A DNA stretch of 64,000 bases from Camelus ferus (taxonomy: Eukaryota): the NCBI RefSeq assembly GCF_009834535.1, contig NC_045702.1:7440001-7504000 (forward strand), written 5' to 3'. Below are positions 12,435 through 23,109 of this stretch, in pieces. The translations under genes and the position numbers were made by a program. Within the stretch, counting starts at the first letter, position 1; each line of letters begins with the position of its first letter. The notes beneath the pieces were generated by a model that saw only the letters and a program-made list of their open reading frames with translations, searched no databases and was not told where the DNA came from.

Positions 12435-15400
12435 GTAATGAAGCAAACCTGCACTGGAACCATTTTTCCCAGTGGCCAAGCTGTGTGGGGGGGGGGGGGC
12501 GGTGGTGGGGAGATAGGGGGGCACTTTTAACCTAATGACTTACTAGCCTCTGCCATTGCCGGGACAAGCCAGGCTCATCTCCCTCTCTCTAAGCGTGTTG
12601 CATGAGGGGAAGCCTCAGCCCTGGCTTTGCTACCTTGTCTTGCTCTGGGTGCTCCCAACCCTCTATATCAGCACAGAATGATTGCATTATCACAAAAAGG
12701 AGAGGTGGAGAGCCCAGACTAGCAGGCAGAATTGTGGACATCCGGGGGAAGTTGGATCAGTGGAGTTACTGCAAGGTCTATGTTTCCGTTCTGGCTATAG
12801 TTTGAGAATGGGGTACTTTAGAAGCCATAGGAGAGTTGGTCTTCTTTTGAGAGAGTGATGGAGGCACCTCCAGGCTGGTGCTACAGAGAGGCAATAACAA
12901 AGTCCTCCCACTTAAAACAAGCTTGATCACAGCTGAAACAGATTATTGCATCTCGGCTGTCTGTGCTTCCATCCTCATCCCCGGAGCCCAGGCCTGCCTG
13001 TAAGAGGTCTTGCTTTTCTCCTGCCATGTTGGAGAGGTGGCCTTTGGAGGTGGATATGTTGGCTAAGTGTGCTGTTCAGGGGCAACTATGAGAAGAGAGA
13101 AGTAAGACTTAAACCGAAGCATTTATTGGAAAGTTGGGTATTTAAGGAAGTGATTAAGGAAGAAAGAGGGAGTTTTACCTTCTGTTGCCTGAAAGGGTTG
13201 GGTATCTAGAACTTCTCCTGGAGTCTTGAGAAACCTTATAGCTCCAGTGTGGAGGTGCCCTAAGATCTTTGGATTACCACGGGATGAGAGGGTAGAAGAG
13301 TGGACAGTAAGGAGGCCGATGTGGAGGGAAGGTGGATGTTCTCAGTGAAGGTGCTGGGGTGATACAGGGGGTGACGGTCATGGACTCCCCAGTCTAATCT
13401 CTTGGCAGTACTGATTCCCCTCTTCTTCCTCCCGATGCCTCCAGACCTGGGAGATCCTAGTGAGCAATGAGCATGACACACAGGCTGTGGTCCGACTAAG
13501 AAGCTTGCAGGGCCTTTACCTTCTGTGTGAGGCGAATGGTTCTGTGTGCTATGGCCGGCCAAAGACAAGCCATCATGGATGTTTCCTACTCCGTTTCCAC
13601 CGCAATGGTAAATGGACCCTCCAGTGCATAATCAGTGGTCGTTATCTGGAGTCTGATGGCGAGAATGTTTTCTGCACTTCCCGGGTCCTCTCAGCATACC
13701 ACATGTGGACCCCCCGGCCAGCCCTGCATGCCCATGTAATCCTCTACAGCCCCCTCAACCACTGCTATGCCCGTGCTGACCCCACCATAGGCAGAGTCTG
13801 GGTGGACACACCAATTCCCTGCCTAGAAGAATGTGGCTTCCTGTTGCACTTCCAAGATGGATGCTACCACCTGGAGACCTCTGCACACACCTTCTTGTCC
13901 CACTTAGACCGGCTGGTCTCCGAACCCTCAACACAGACAGCTTTTCACATGCAAGTGCGGCCTGGAGGGCTTGTGGCACTGAGCGATGGGGAAGGAGGCA
14001 TGTTGTATCCACAGGGCCCACGCCTGCTCCTAAGCCTGGGTTCCAATCCACATCGGGGCGAGGAGTGGTTCATCCTCAAGCGCTGCCCTACCTGGGTCAG
14101 CCTCAGGTCAAAGACTCGGAAATTTCTCTCCGTCATCTACGGCAAGTGCTAGGTCCAACACAGCCACAGAGGGAGGGAGGGCTGGAAGAGGAAATTGTGT
14201 TTGGGATCAGTGAGGATTCTGAACCTACTGATAAGGAAGATCCTGAGGTCCCAAGAGGATCTCTTGTGCCATGAAGAAGGCCTTTAAGGCAGAGGCATGG
14301 CTTTGAGGGGAAAGTGACCTGGGTCTTCTCCAGCCTACTATGGTCCAACAGAAGGTGATGAAGGCTGAGGAAGGAAAACAGAGGGAACAACAGCCAAAAG
14401 TATGGCGGAGGAGCTGAGACTAGACTCAGGCTTCTCTGACATGTTCTTCCTCCACAGATACTGAGGTGTGTGCTGCCTCTGAGCATGTAATCCCAGTGTC
14501 CTTGTTCCAGTTTGAATGTGATGGCGAGAGCCCCAACTTGCAGATTCGTTCAGCCAATGGCTGCTACCTGGCCCAGGTAAGCCCTTGACTTTCTGAGCAG
14601 GGGACCCCTTAAGCCCTGAGGTCTCCCTCTCTAGACACACTTTTTCCTTCTTTAAGGCAGATAGTCAGATGGTGAGGTGAACTATGGAGGCTCTTGTCAA
14701 TAAACATTCATTTTCATCCAGTGGGCCCACATTCATCCAATGGGACCTCTTGTTTAAAAAAAAAATCTTAAAAAAACTTTATCAAGGCATAATTTACATA
14801 CAACAAAATGCACCCATTTTAAGTTTACAGTCAGATACGTTTTGACAAACATGTATACTTATGCTATCATGTCACAACCATAGCACAAGTTAGAGAATAT
14901 TTCTCTCACCACAGAAATTCCCTCTTACCAATTTTCAGTCAGTTTCCCTCCACTCTGACCCTCCCCACTACCAATAATATATATTCTGTGACTATAGATT
15001 AGATTTCCTTATTCTGCAAATTCATAGAAATGGAATCATGCAGTGTTATGGTATATATGCTTCTTTCATTCTACATTTTTTTTTCTTTTTGGTTCATGCA
15101 AAGCTCTCTTTTTTTTTTATTAACTTATTTTTTAATTGAAGTATAGTCAATTTACAGTCATTTCACATGTTTTTGAGATACAGCCATGATGTCACATGTA
15201 TCAATAGTTCATTCTTTTTATTGCCGGATAGTATTCTATAATCCTACTCATAGACACAAACATAATTTGCTTACCCATTCACTTGTTGATAAACACTTGA
15301 GTGGTTTCCAGCTTGGGCTATTATGAACAAAGTTGTTATGAACATTCAAGTGCAAGTCTTTTTGTAGGCCTATACTTTCAGTTATCTTGGGCAAATACCT

Positions 15401-17766
15401 GGGAGTGGAATTACTGGGTCATATGATAAAAAGTGTGTTCAACTTTTTAAGAAGATAATAGGGGGAGGGTATAGCTCAAGTGGCAGAGCACATGCTTAGC
15501 ATACAGAAGGTCCTTGGTTCAATCCCCAGTATCTCCTTCAAAAAAAGGTAAGTAAACCTAATGACCACCCCCACCAAAATAACTTTTTATGAAGATATGA
15601 AGCAGTTTTCTAAAGTGATTGTACTATTTTACATTCTCGCCAGTAATGTATAAGAGTTCTAATTGCTCCACATCTTTACCAACACTGGGTATTATCTATC
15701 TTTTTGATTTTAGCCACTCTAAAATTAAAAGTGTAATGCCATCTTATTGTGGTTTTAATTTGTCTTTTCCTTATAATTAATAATGTTGAGCATCTTTACA
15801 TGTGCATATTGGCCATTTGTATATTTTCTCTGATATACAAAGGTGAGGTGTCTGTTAAAATTTTTTATGCATTTGTTATTGGGTTGTTTGTCTTATTATT
15901 GAGTTGTAAGAGCTTTTATGTGTTCTGAAATCAAGTCCTTTGTCAGATATATGTATTGTAAATGTTTTCTCCCAATCTGTGGCTTGCCTTTTCATTTGCT
16001 TAATAGTGTCTTTTGAACAGCAAGTTTTTAATTTTGATGAAGTCTAATTTCTCTATTTTATAAATGGTTAGTGCTTTTTTTTTTGTCCCAAGACATTATT
16101 GCCTACCCTAAAGTTGCAAAGAATTTCTCCTATGTTTTCTTCTAGATGTGTTATAGTTTAGATTTCAAATTTATGTCAATGATCCATTTTGAAATGATTT
16201 TGGAGTCCGAGCCAAGGGTCATTTCTTTCCATGTGGGATACAGCACAGACTGAAGATGTGGTAGAGCTGAGGCCACAACATATTTTCCAAAAAGCATCTG
16301 AGATCATAAGCGTACCCTGGAAGAGTAAAAAAAGCTAGTGGGTGTGTTGTGAGAAAGAGGGTTTAAGAATAAAAATGATGGGAGGAAAGCTGAGATTTTG
16401 GGTCCTTGCTTCCCTTCTCTTTTCCTGATATTTTTTCCAGAGGCGTCATAGGACAATTTTGGCTGATGGGCACCCACTGGAGTCTGACACCTTCTTTCGT
16501 ATGCACTGGAATTGTGGCAGGATCATCCTACAGTCTCCCAATGGACGCTTCTTGGGCATCGCACCCAACGGCCTGCTGATGGCCAATGCCACCATTCCAG
16601 GTGAGCGAGCAGACCCCTGCCAAGTTACTCCAAGTGGGAGATGCTTTCAGAGGAAGCTGGGGATATGCTAGAAAGACCACTGGATTTGGGGTCGGAAGAT
16701 TTGTATACTTGCTGAGTCACTGAATTTTCATCATCACTTGGGCAAACCACTTCTCTGCTGCTCAATTTCATTGTCTCCATCATCAGTGTAGGTGATAGCC
16801 AACCTGTCTGCCTCACAGAATTATCATGAGGAGTAAATAGATTCTCACATCTCAAAGGAAGAAAGAATATTAAAATTTCTTGGCCTCCGTGCTGTACTCA
16901 GGGATTTCACAAACATTTCACAAGCACCTCACATAAGACCTGGCACATAGTAGGTGTTCACGAAATATTAACACCCTTAGTGCAATTAGTGCTCCTCTTC
17001 CTGTTTCCATCAAGGAAAGCATTTAGAGGCAGCCCATCCAGATAACTCCTTCCTGTTTCTTTCAGGCCCAAATGAGGAATTTGGGATTCGATTAGCCAAC
17101 CGTCCCTTCCTTGCCTTGCGGGGACGGTACGGGTACGTGGGCACCTCGTCCGAACACGACCTCCTGCAGTGCAACATGGATCAGCCTGACTGCATTCACC
17201 TGCTGCCCTGCCGCCAGGGCATCTACCACTTCCAAGGTGAGCATCTGCACTTCCTCACCCCTGGGTTCACCGGCAGGCTCGGCCTCAGCCCAGCTCTGAC
17301 TTCAAGGCCTGCCCCTCAGGGCCTGCTTATTATAATAGAAAAAACAGAGTTTCTGTTGGTTTTCACACTTCAAGGGCCCCAGAGTGGCTGGGCAGAATAG
17401 AAAGCAGCCCTCCTGGGTTTCCATGGAGGGTCCTGCCAACACAGGCAGGGTAGGGCAGTCAGGGAGGGCTGGCGTGCCTCCTGGGGGCCTCCTCGGAGGC
17501 GGTACTGTGGGCGACTCCCCTGCAGAATGGCCCACCAACCTGAGCTCTTCCCCACCCCAGCACAGAGTGGCTCCTTCTGGTCAATAACGTCCTTTGGCAC
17601 TTTTCGCCCTTGGGGAAAGTTCGCCCTCAACTTCTGCATAGAGCTTCAGGGCAGCAACTTGCTCACGGTGCTGGCACCCAACGGCTTCTACATGAGATCA
17701 GACCGAAGCGGCACCCTGGTGGCGGACAGCGAAGACATTACCAGAGAGTGTATTTGGGAATTCTAG
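12291..17766 (+). CDS. FSCN3: Fascin-3 (testis fascin), 498 aa; exons 12291-12434, 13445-14141, 14458-14576, 16441-16600, 17066-17236, 17561-17766
   Basis: MDEVEWMPRQPKAEDLRVGLISWAG...EDITRECIWEF*; 144+697+119+160+171+206 = 1497 nt, open throughout; intron 2 is GC-AG. Confidence 0.95.
13445..14141 (+). CDS. FSCN3: FSCN3 exon 2
   Basis: ctccag|ACC TGG GAG ATC; ends TAC G|gcaagt. Confidence 0.9.
14458..14576 (+). CDS. FSCN3: FSCN3 exon 3
   Basis: DTEVCAASEHVIPVSLFQFECDGESPNLQIRSANGCYLAQ; ccacag| and |gtaagc. Confidence 0.9.
14770..16245 (-). mobile_element. Old L1 (L1M-type) 3' fragment, antisense, in FSCN3 intron 3
   Basis: Typical antisense L1 3'UTR/ORF2 text (cccattcacttgttgat...gggagtggaattactgggtcatatg...gttgagcatctttacatgtgc). 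Confidence 0.85.
15461..15590 (+). mobile_element. Vic-1-like SINE copy 2, nested in L1
   Basis: GGGGGAGGGTATAGCTCAAGTGG...GGTTCAATCCCC; near-perfect flanking repeat aacttttta(a/t)gaagata. Confidence 0.85.
16441..16600 (+). CDS. FSCN3: FSCN3 exon 4
   Basis: RRHRTILADGHPLESDTFFRMHWNCG...; ttccag| and |gtgagc. Confidence 0.93.
17066..17236 (+). CDS. FSCN3: FSCN3 exon 5
   Basis: PNEEFGIRLANRPFLALRGRYGYVG...GIYHFQ; tttcag| and |gtgagc. Confidence 0.93.
17561..17766 (+). CDS. FSCN3: FSCN3 exon 6 (last coding)
   Basis: QSGSFWSITSFGTFRPWGKFALNFCIELQGSN...CIWEF TAG. Confidence 0.93.
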
Positions 17767-18690
17767 GTAAAGTAAAGTGGGTAAGGACCTGGGGGTGGGG
17801 GAGCAGGAGGAGAAGAGAGGAGTGTGGGGAGGCAGGTGAGGGCAAGATCAAAATGTACCGCAGGCTGACTTCTGTCCCACAACTCCAGACGTTTCTCCAA
17901 ATCTGTGCCTTTCCTCAGGACTTCTAAACCTAGACCAGCGAGAGAGGAGGATCTAGGGTTCTCACTCTCGTGTCCTGCCGACACGTGCTTGCAAGCAAGC
18001 CTGCAGGGCACAGGACGAGGTGTACTTGTGAATCTAGCTCTCCATTGAGATCCGGAGTTTTGCCCCATTTATAGGGAAGTCAGGTAGCTTTGGGGGTATC
18101 TTTTTCACCCTATGCACTTTCTATTCCCACAGCACTGGATCCCTGGGATGCTGATGGCTCCCAGATATCTATCTGCGGCACTGACCCTTCTCCTAATCTC
18201 ACCTAACATCATACCTTTCCAACTTCCTGATTGACGGTTGGCTTGACTTCATCCTGCCATCCCCTCAAAATCAGCCTTGTCACCCTTCCCTTCAAAGGTG
18301 ATTCTTCCTGTCCTCCCCATGGCCATCGAGAACACCACCATCCTTGCAAACGCTCAGGCTCAAGACCCATCACCGCCTCTCCTTCCTCCCTTTCATTCCT
18401 TTCACCAAACCCTGAAATGGGTACTTCCTTAGCAATGCCTCTTGAGTGCCTGCTCCTTCTTAATTACCATTGCCAGTCACTGCAACAAGGGCTCGCCAGC
18501 AGCCCTCCCTGTCACCAAGCCCATCTTCTCCACACCAAGTTCCCTTTCCTAAGGTGCTGCCTTCATTCAATCGTTCCCTGCTCACAACTCTTCAGGGCAC
18601 CTCACTGCCCTTAGCCTGGCCCCTTCACAATTGACATCTCTTTCCTGGCTTGGGAATTCATGAAGATGTTGTGGAAAGAGATTCAGTTTT

Positions 18691-18789
18691 TTGTTTCTGT
18701 TTTGGTTTTGACAGAGGTACTGGGGATTGAACCAAGGATGCCATGCATGCTAAGCATGCCCTCTACCACTGATCTATACTGATCCCTGC
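18691..18789 (-). mobile_element. Vic-1-like SINE copy 3
   Basis: Reverse complement of the SINE head (tactggggattgaacc...ctctaccactgatctatac); 15-bp TSD aagagattcagtttt. Confidence 0.85.
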
Positions 18790-20632
18790 AAGAGATTCAG
18801 TTTTGATATTATATAGACCTGGAACCAAAACTTTCTACTAGAGCTCTAACCCCACAGAAATTGCTCTAACACTTCTAGGCCTTGCCTTCCTTGTCTGCAA
18901 AATGGGAGTAGTGTCTACTACATAGGGTGGTGCGAGGGTTCAATGACTGCATACATCTTGACAGGGATCCCCATAAATGTTCACTCTTTTCCTCTATTTT
19001 CTACCAGTTTTCTACACAAGCCCTTTAACTGTGGCCAAATTGGAGGAAATAAAATGAAATTCCACTGGACCTCTTTTCTTACCTATCCCTTGAAGCATTT
19101 GGATTGAACTAAATTTCTCAGGCTCCTTCAAGGCCTAGCATTCTAGTAGATGGTGTAGCAAAGTGGTTAAGAGCTCATTTCTGGACTCCAAACTGGGTTC
19201 TAATTAGATTTTAGAAGTTGTAGTTTGACCTTGGGCAAATGAACCTCTCTTCGGTTTTTGTTGTTGTTGTTGTGGGTGAAATGGGAAGATAGCAATTATC
19301 TTGTGGGATTGTTCAGTTCCATGAGATGATGATAGTGAAATGCTTAGTACACAGCCTGCCACCCAGCACCCTCTCACCCCATCAGAAGCCTTCCCCAACT
19401 CAATCTGAATTCTTAGTAAATCTTTCCTATTAACTGTAGTCTCCCTGTGAACTCTAATGGTATTTTTTTATATCATTCACTTGATTTTTAAAAATTATTT
19501 CTATTGCCTTTTCCTATAAGTTAACCTCATCTATGTCCTTGTGATCCTTCATCAAGAATGGGACAAATCGCTTTATTCTCTCTCTTCCCACAGGATCTCA
19601 CCAGGTTTTCTCCTAAAAGCTAGAGATCAGCAAATGACTGACTGAAGGTTTCTATTTCCTCTTCCCTCCCCAGGTCAAAGGGATGCCACCTACCAAAATC
19701 CAAATCCTGCAGGAGAAACTACTCCACTAAACCAAACAGGAACCCCAGAGTCAAGATCCACGAGAAGAATATCTGTTATACAACTTTTCCCACCCAGTTT
19801 AGCAAAACACCTGATTCGAGCAACAATACATCACAAAAGGCCACCCCCAAGACCCTGGTGTGCCTCTGACTTGAGAGCAGGGGTGTGGATGTGGGTAGAG
19901 ACCGAGGCCCCAGGCCACTCCAGCTGGGTTCTATCGAGAAGAGGGGAGACTAAATGGTAACCTGTCCTTCCACTGCTTCTCATGCCTACCAGAACCACTA
20001 GACTTTTCCCAGTGACCCCATGAGGAGCTAGCCTTGCCAAGAATCCAGACATGAGTAGATGTCCTTTTGGTTTAGAAAGAATGAAGGATTATTAGTCCTA
20101 TGGGCACAGGGTAATGGTGGTAACACCGTTATGCCTGTATGACTTACCCTCCCTCCAAGTTTACCAACCATCCCATCTTTTCATTACCATTGATCCAGTC
20201 AGTTGGGCACAACAGGTACCTTCTCCATCACTGACCACTGTTTACAAGGAGCTGAAGTGATCTGCCTGTGACCAGGGCCTGTGACTAAATTCTTCAATTA
20301 GAGTAGATTCTAATGCTCACTCTTTCCACAAAACAGAGCTTCCAAAATGACTGTCATTCTTGCACTATCTTCATAACTTTGGCCTTTATCTACCTACCAT
20401 CTGCCCTATTAATGTGTTTCTTGACACAGGCATTTAAGTACATTTATTTAGAAAGGGATATTTTAATCATAAAATGGAAGACCAGAATCACTTGCCATAA
20501 ATAGAGTGACTATAAAAATAAATACAGTGAAAACAAAGCAATGTTATCAAATCTCAGTTAGATTTCTCTCCCCTGACCAAGGCTCAGAACCTGAGGCTCC
20601 CTTTCCCTCTGTTTAAAAAAAAAAAGTAGATT

Positions 20633-20772
20633 TTGTGGGAGAATATGGTTCAGTGGTAAAGCGTGTGCTTAGCATGCACAAGTCTCCAGTACTTCCATTA
20701 TAAATTAATTAATTAATTTAAAAAATCTAATTACCCCTCTCCAAAAACAAACAAACAAATAAAACCAGGGGG
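20633..20772 (+). mobile_element. Vic-1-like SINE copy 4 (internal deletion)
   Basis: ggttcagtggtaaagcgtgtgcttagcatgcac; TSD aaaaagtagatt at 20621-20632 and 20773-20784. Confidence 0.75.
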
Positions 20773-21339
20773 AAAAAGTAGATTAGCCACTCTTACAGAG
20801 GTGCTAAAGACCAGGACCAGCATGAAAACTTGCTCTTTGATGCAATAAGAATTGAAAAGGAGTTGAAAAAGGAAGAATTTTCTCATTACTGACTCAGTAT
20901 TATGTAAAGCAGCATCCACACAGCTCCTAAAAGTTTCACAAATACCCACAGTGATGCCTGACCCCTATTTGAGAAAAAATTGCACCATCCCATAATCAGT
21001 GCTGGGTTTTTAAGTCCACTGAGAAGAGAAGCTGAAACTAGAATATAAGAGAGATTCCGTTTGGTTAAAGGAAAATGATGTCAGGCTTCTGTATGTTTCT
21101 CCTTAAGAAACATGAAAGAATTGTGTAAAAATTTAATCCAAGAAGTGATGGTTGCTAACACTAGAGACCAGCACATCTCTTTTCCTGGAAGACATTAAGA
21201 ACAGGCCAAAGACAGAGAGTGGAATACAGTCTTCAGAGATAGGACCTTGGCAGTCATTTAGTGCAGAATCCGTTCCTCGGCTTTCCATAAATACATATAC
21301 ACACTCAGACACATGGGCATGCATGCATGAGCCCAGGAA

Positions 21340-21363
21340 AACACACACACACAACACATACAC

Positions 21364-21396
<33 letters not shown>

Positions 21397-21411
21397 AACA
21401 CACACACACAC
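21340..21411. repeat. Interrupted (CA)n microsatellite
   Basis: Visible in sequence. Confidence 0.9.
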
Positions 21412-21664
21412 CTTATTCCCTGTTCCCCACAGGTGGCCATCCATCCTCCACTTTAATGTGCTCAGCCATGGGGCCTCAGCTGACAGCTCCTTCCACTGCT
21501 GAGGTCAATTTTGTCACTGAGGTGAATGGCTTATTCTCAGGCCATACTGTAAAGATTGTCACCCTACAAAACCTGGCCCATTTCCAGCAGGGCCCCCAGC
21601 TTGAGGGGGAGAAGGCAGGGCAGGGGCAGGCTGTGTTCTATTACCCTTGGAATTTCACCGTAGA

Positions 21665-21878
21665 GCTGGGTTGTCCCATCGAACTGTCTGAGCCGATGGA
21701 AATGCGGTATAATGTTTGCTGTCCAGTATAGGAGCCATGGGCGTGTGTGACTGTTGGGCATTTGATTTGGGGCTAGTGTGAGTGAGGAGCTGAATTATTC
21801 ATTTTATTTCATTGTAATTACACTTAAATAGCCACATGTGGTTGGTGGTTACTTATTGAACAGTGCAGCTCTAGAGTA
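21665..21878 (+). mobile_element. MER3-like hAT-Charlie MITE
   Basis: gatggaaatg...ttaaatagccacatgtggttggtggttac..gaacagtgcagctctag resembles the MER3 consensus. Confidence 0.7.
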
Positions 21879-22254
21879 TTTGATGATAAATAGACATCTT
21901 GAAGGACAACTGGACCAGTGCCTGTCGCAGATGGGAGTGAGTAAACGTGCCCCCAGCACCGCCTACCCTGCTTAGCATCATCCCCAAAAAGGAAAGAATT
22001 TGGAGGGGTGAGCCCATCCCCCATTCCAAATAGCCCCTTCTTCACCCTCTTTCCCCTGTGTCCCTCTCTTTCCCTACATCCCAAGGCTTCCCAGGAGGAG
22101 GGGAAATGGAGACAATCTGGAATTTACTGCCAAGCAAACGTACCCCAGAAGCGTGTATAATGAAACAGGTAGAATATAAAAAATGGCATTTCTGCTCTGT
22201 TTGCAGCTATGCAAAAAATACATATGCCATTCAGTTGTTAATGTCTGTTTCTTA

Positions 22255-22720
22255 GATTAAGGAATTATTATACATTTCATTAGACGTGCTAATGGTGTGG
22301 CAGTGGTGTTGAGGTTATGTAAGAAAACCTCCTTTATTTCTTGGCAACGCATGCTGGAGGACTTAGAGGTGACATGCCATGAGGTACTCTCAGTGTGTGG
22401 ATGTGTACATGTGCGAATGTGTGGGTGTACAAGCCCCCACACACCAAGACAGATACTAACATATGTAGATACATACATACATAGATAAATACAGAGATTA
22501 GCTAGATTGGATAGGTAGACAATAGGTAATATATAGTTATATAGACACATAAATAGATTAGATAGATAATAGCCAGATAGATACATAGTTACATAGATAA
22601 ATAGATCAGCTAGACAGATGCATAGATACATGAAATAGACAGGTAGAAAGGTAGGTAGGTAGATATGGGGCAGATTGTTTATAATTGCTAAATATGGGGG
22701 TTGGGAGTATGAGTGCCCAT
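22255..22720 (+). mobile_element. Old L1 3' end fragment with an embedded (TAGA)n-type simple repeat (~22460-22665)
   Basis: ggtgtggcagtggtgttgaggttatg L1M 3'UTR-like text and a degenerate GATA/TAGA array. Confidence 0.55.
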
Positions 22721-22751
22721 GGGAAAAACATGATAAACAACAGAACTACTG

Positions 22752-23109
22752 CTAATTAAAAAGTATTTTTATTACTGACAACTGGAAGCCTCTTAAGATA
22801 AGAGTGAGAAATAGATGGGCATGGCCTTTCCAGCCCCTCCAATCAGTTGACACATAGGAGGGGCAAGGCCCACAGATGAGGAGACACAGAAGGAGGGAGG
22901 AGCCATGAACTGCTTGGGCAGGCAGTATCAGATCCTCCCCACCCCATCTCCTTTCCACTCTGGCCCTCCTCCCTCGTCCCAGGCCTTGCAGTGGGGAGCC
23001 AGGCCAGTGCAAGGCCTGAGGGGCACAAAGACTGGCGACCGGGGCAGTGGAATGAAAGATGGCAATGCAGCACTGAACCCAGGGAGCTCGGCTGGGGGCG
23101 GCAGGTAGC
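22752..23109 (-). CDS. PAX4: PAX4 terminal exon region with two alternative acceptors (23109 and 22909)
   Basis: ccctccag|GC TAC CTG and caagcag|TT CAT GGC TCC; homology to both recalled human C-terminal isoforms, but split across reading frames. Confidence 0.6.

Noticed and set aside
21133-22631. ORFs rich in VC, TH or YLS repeats
   Set aside because: Translations of (CA)n and (TAGA)n simple repeats
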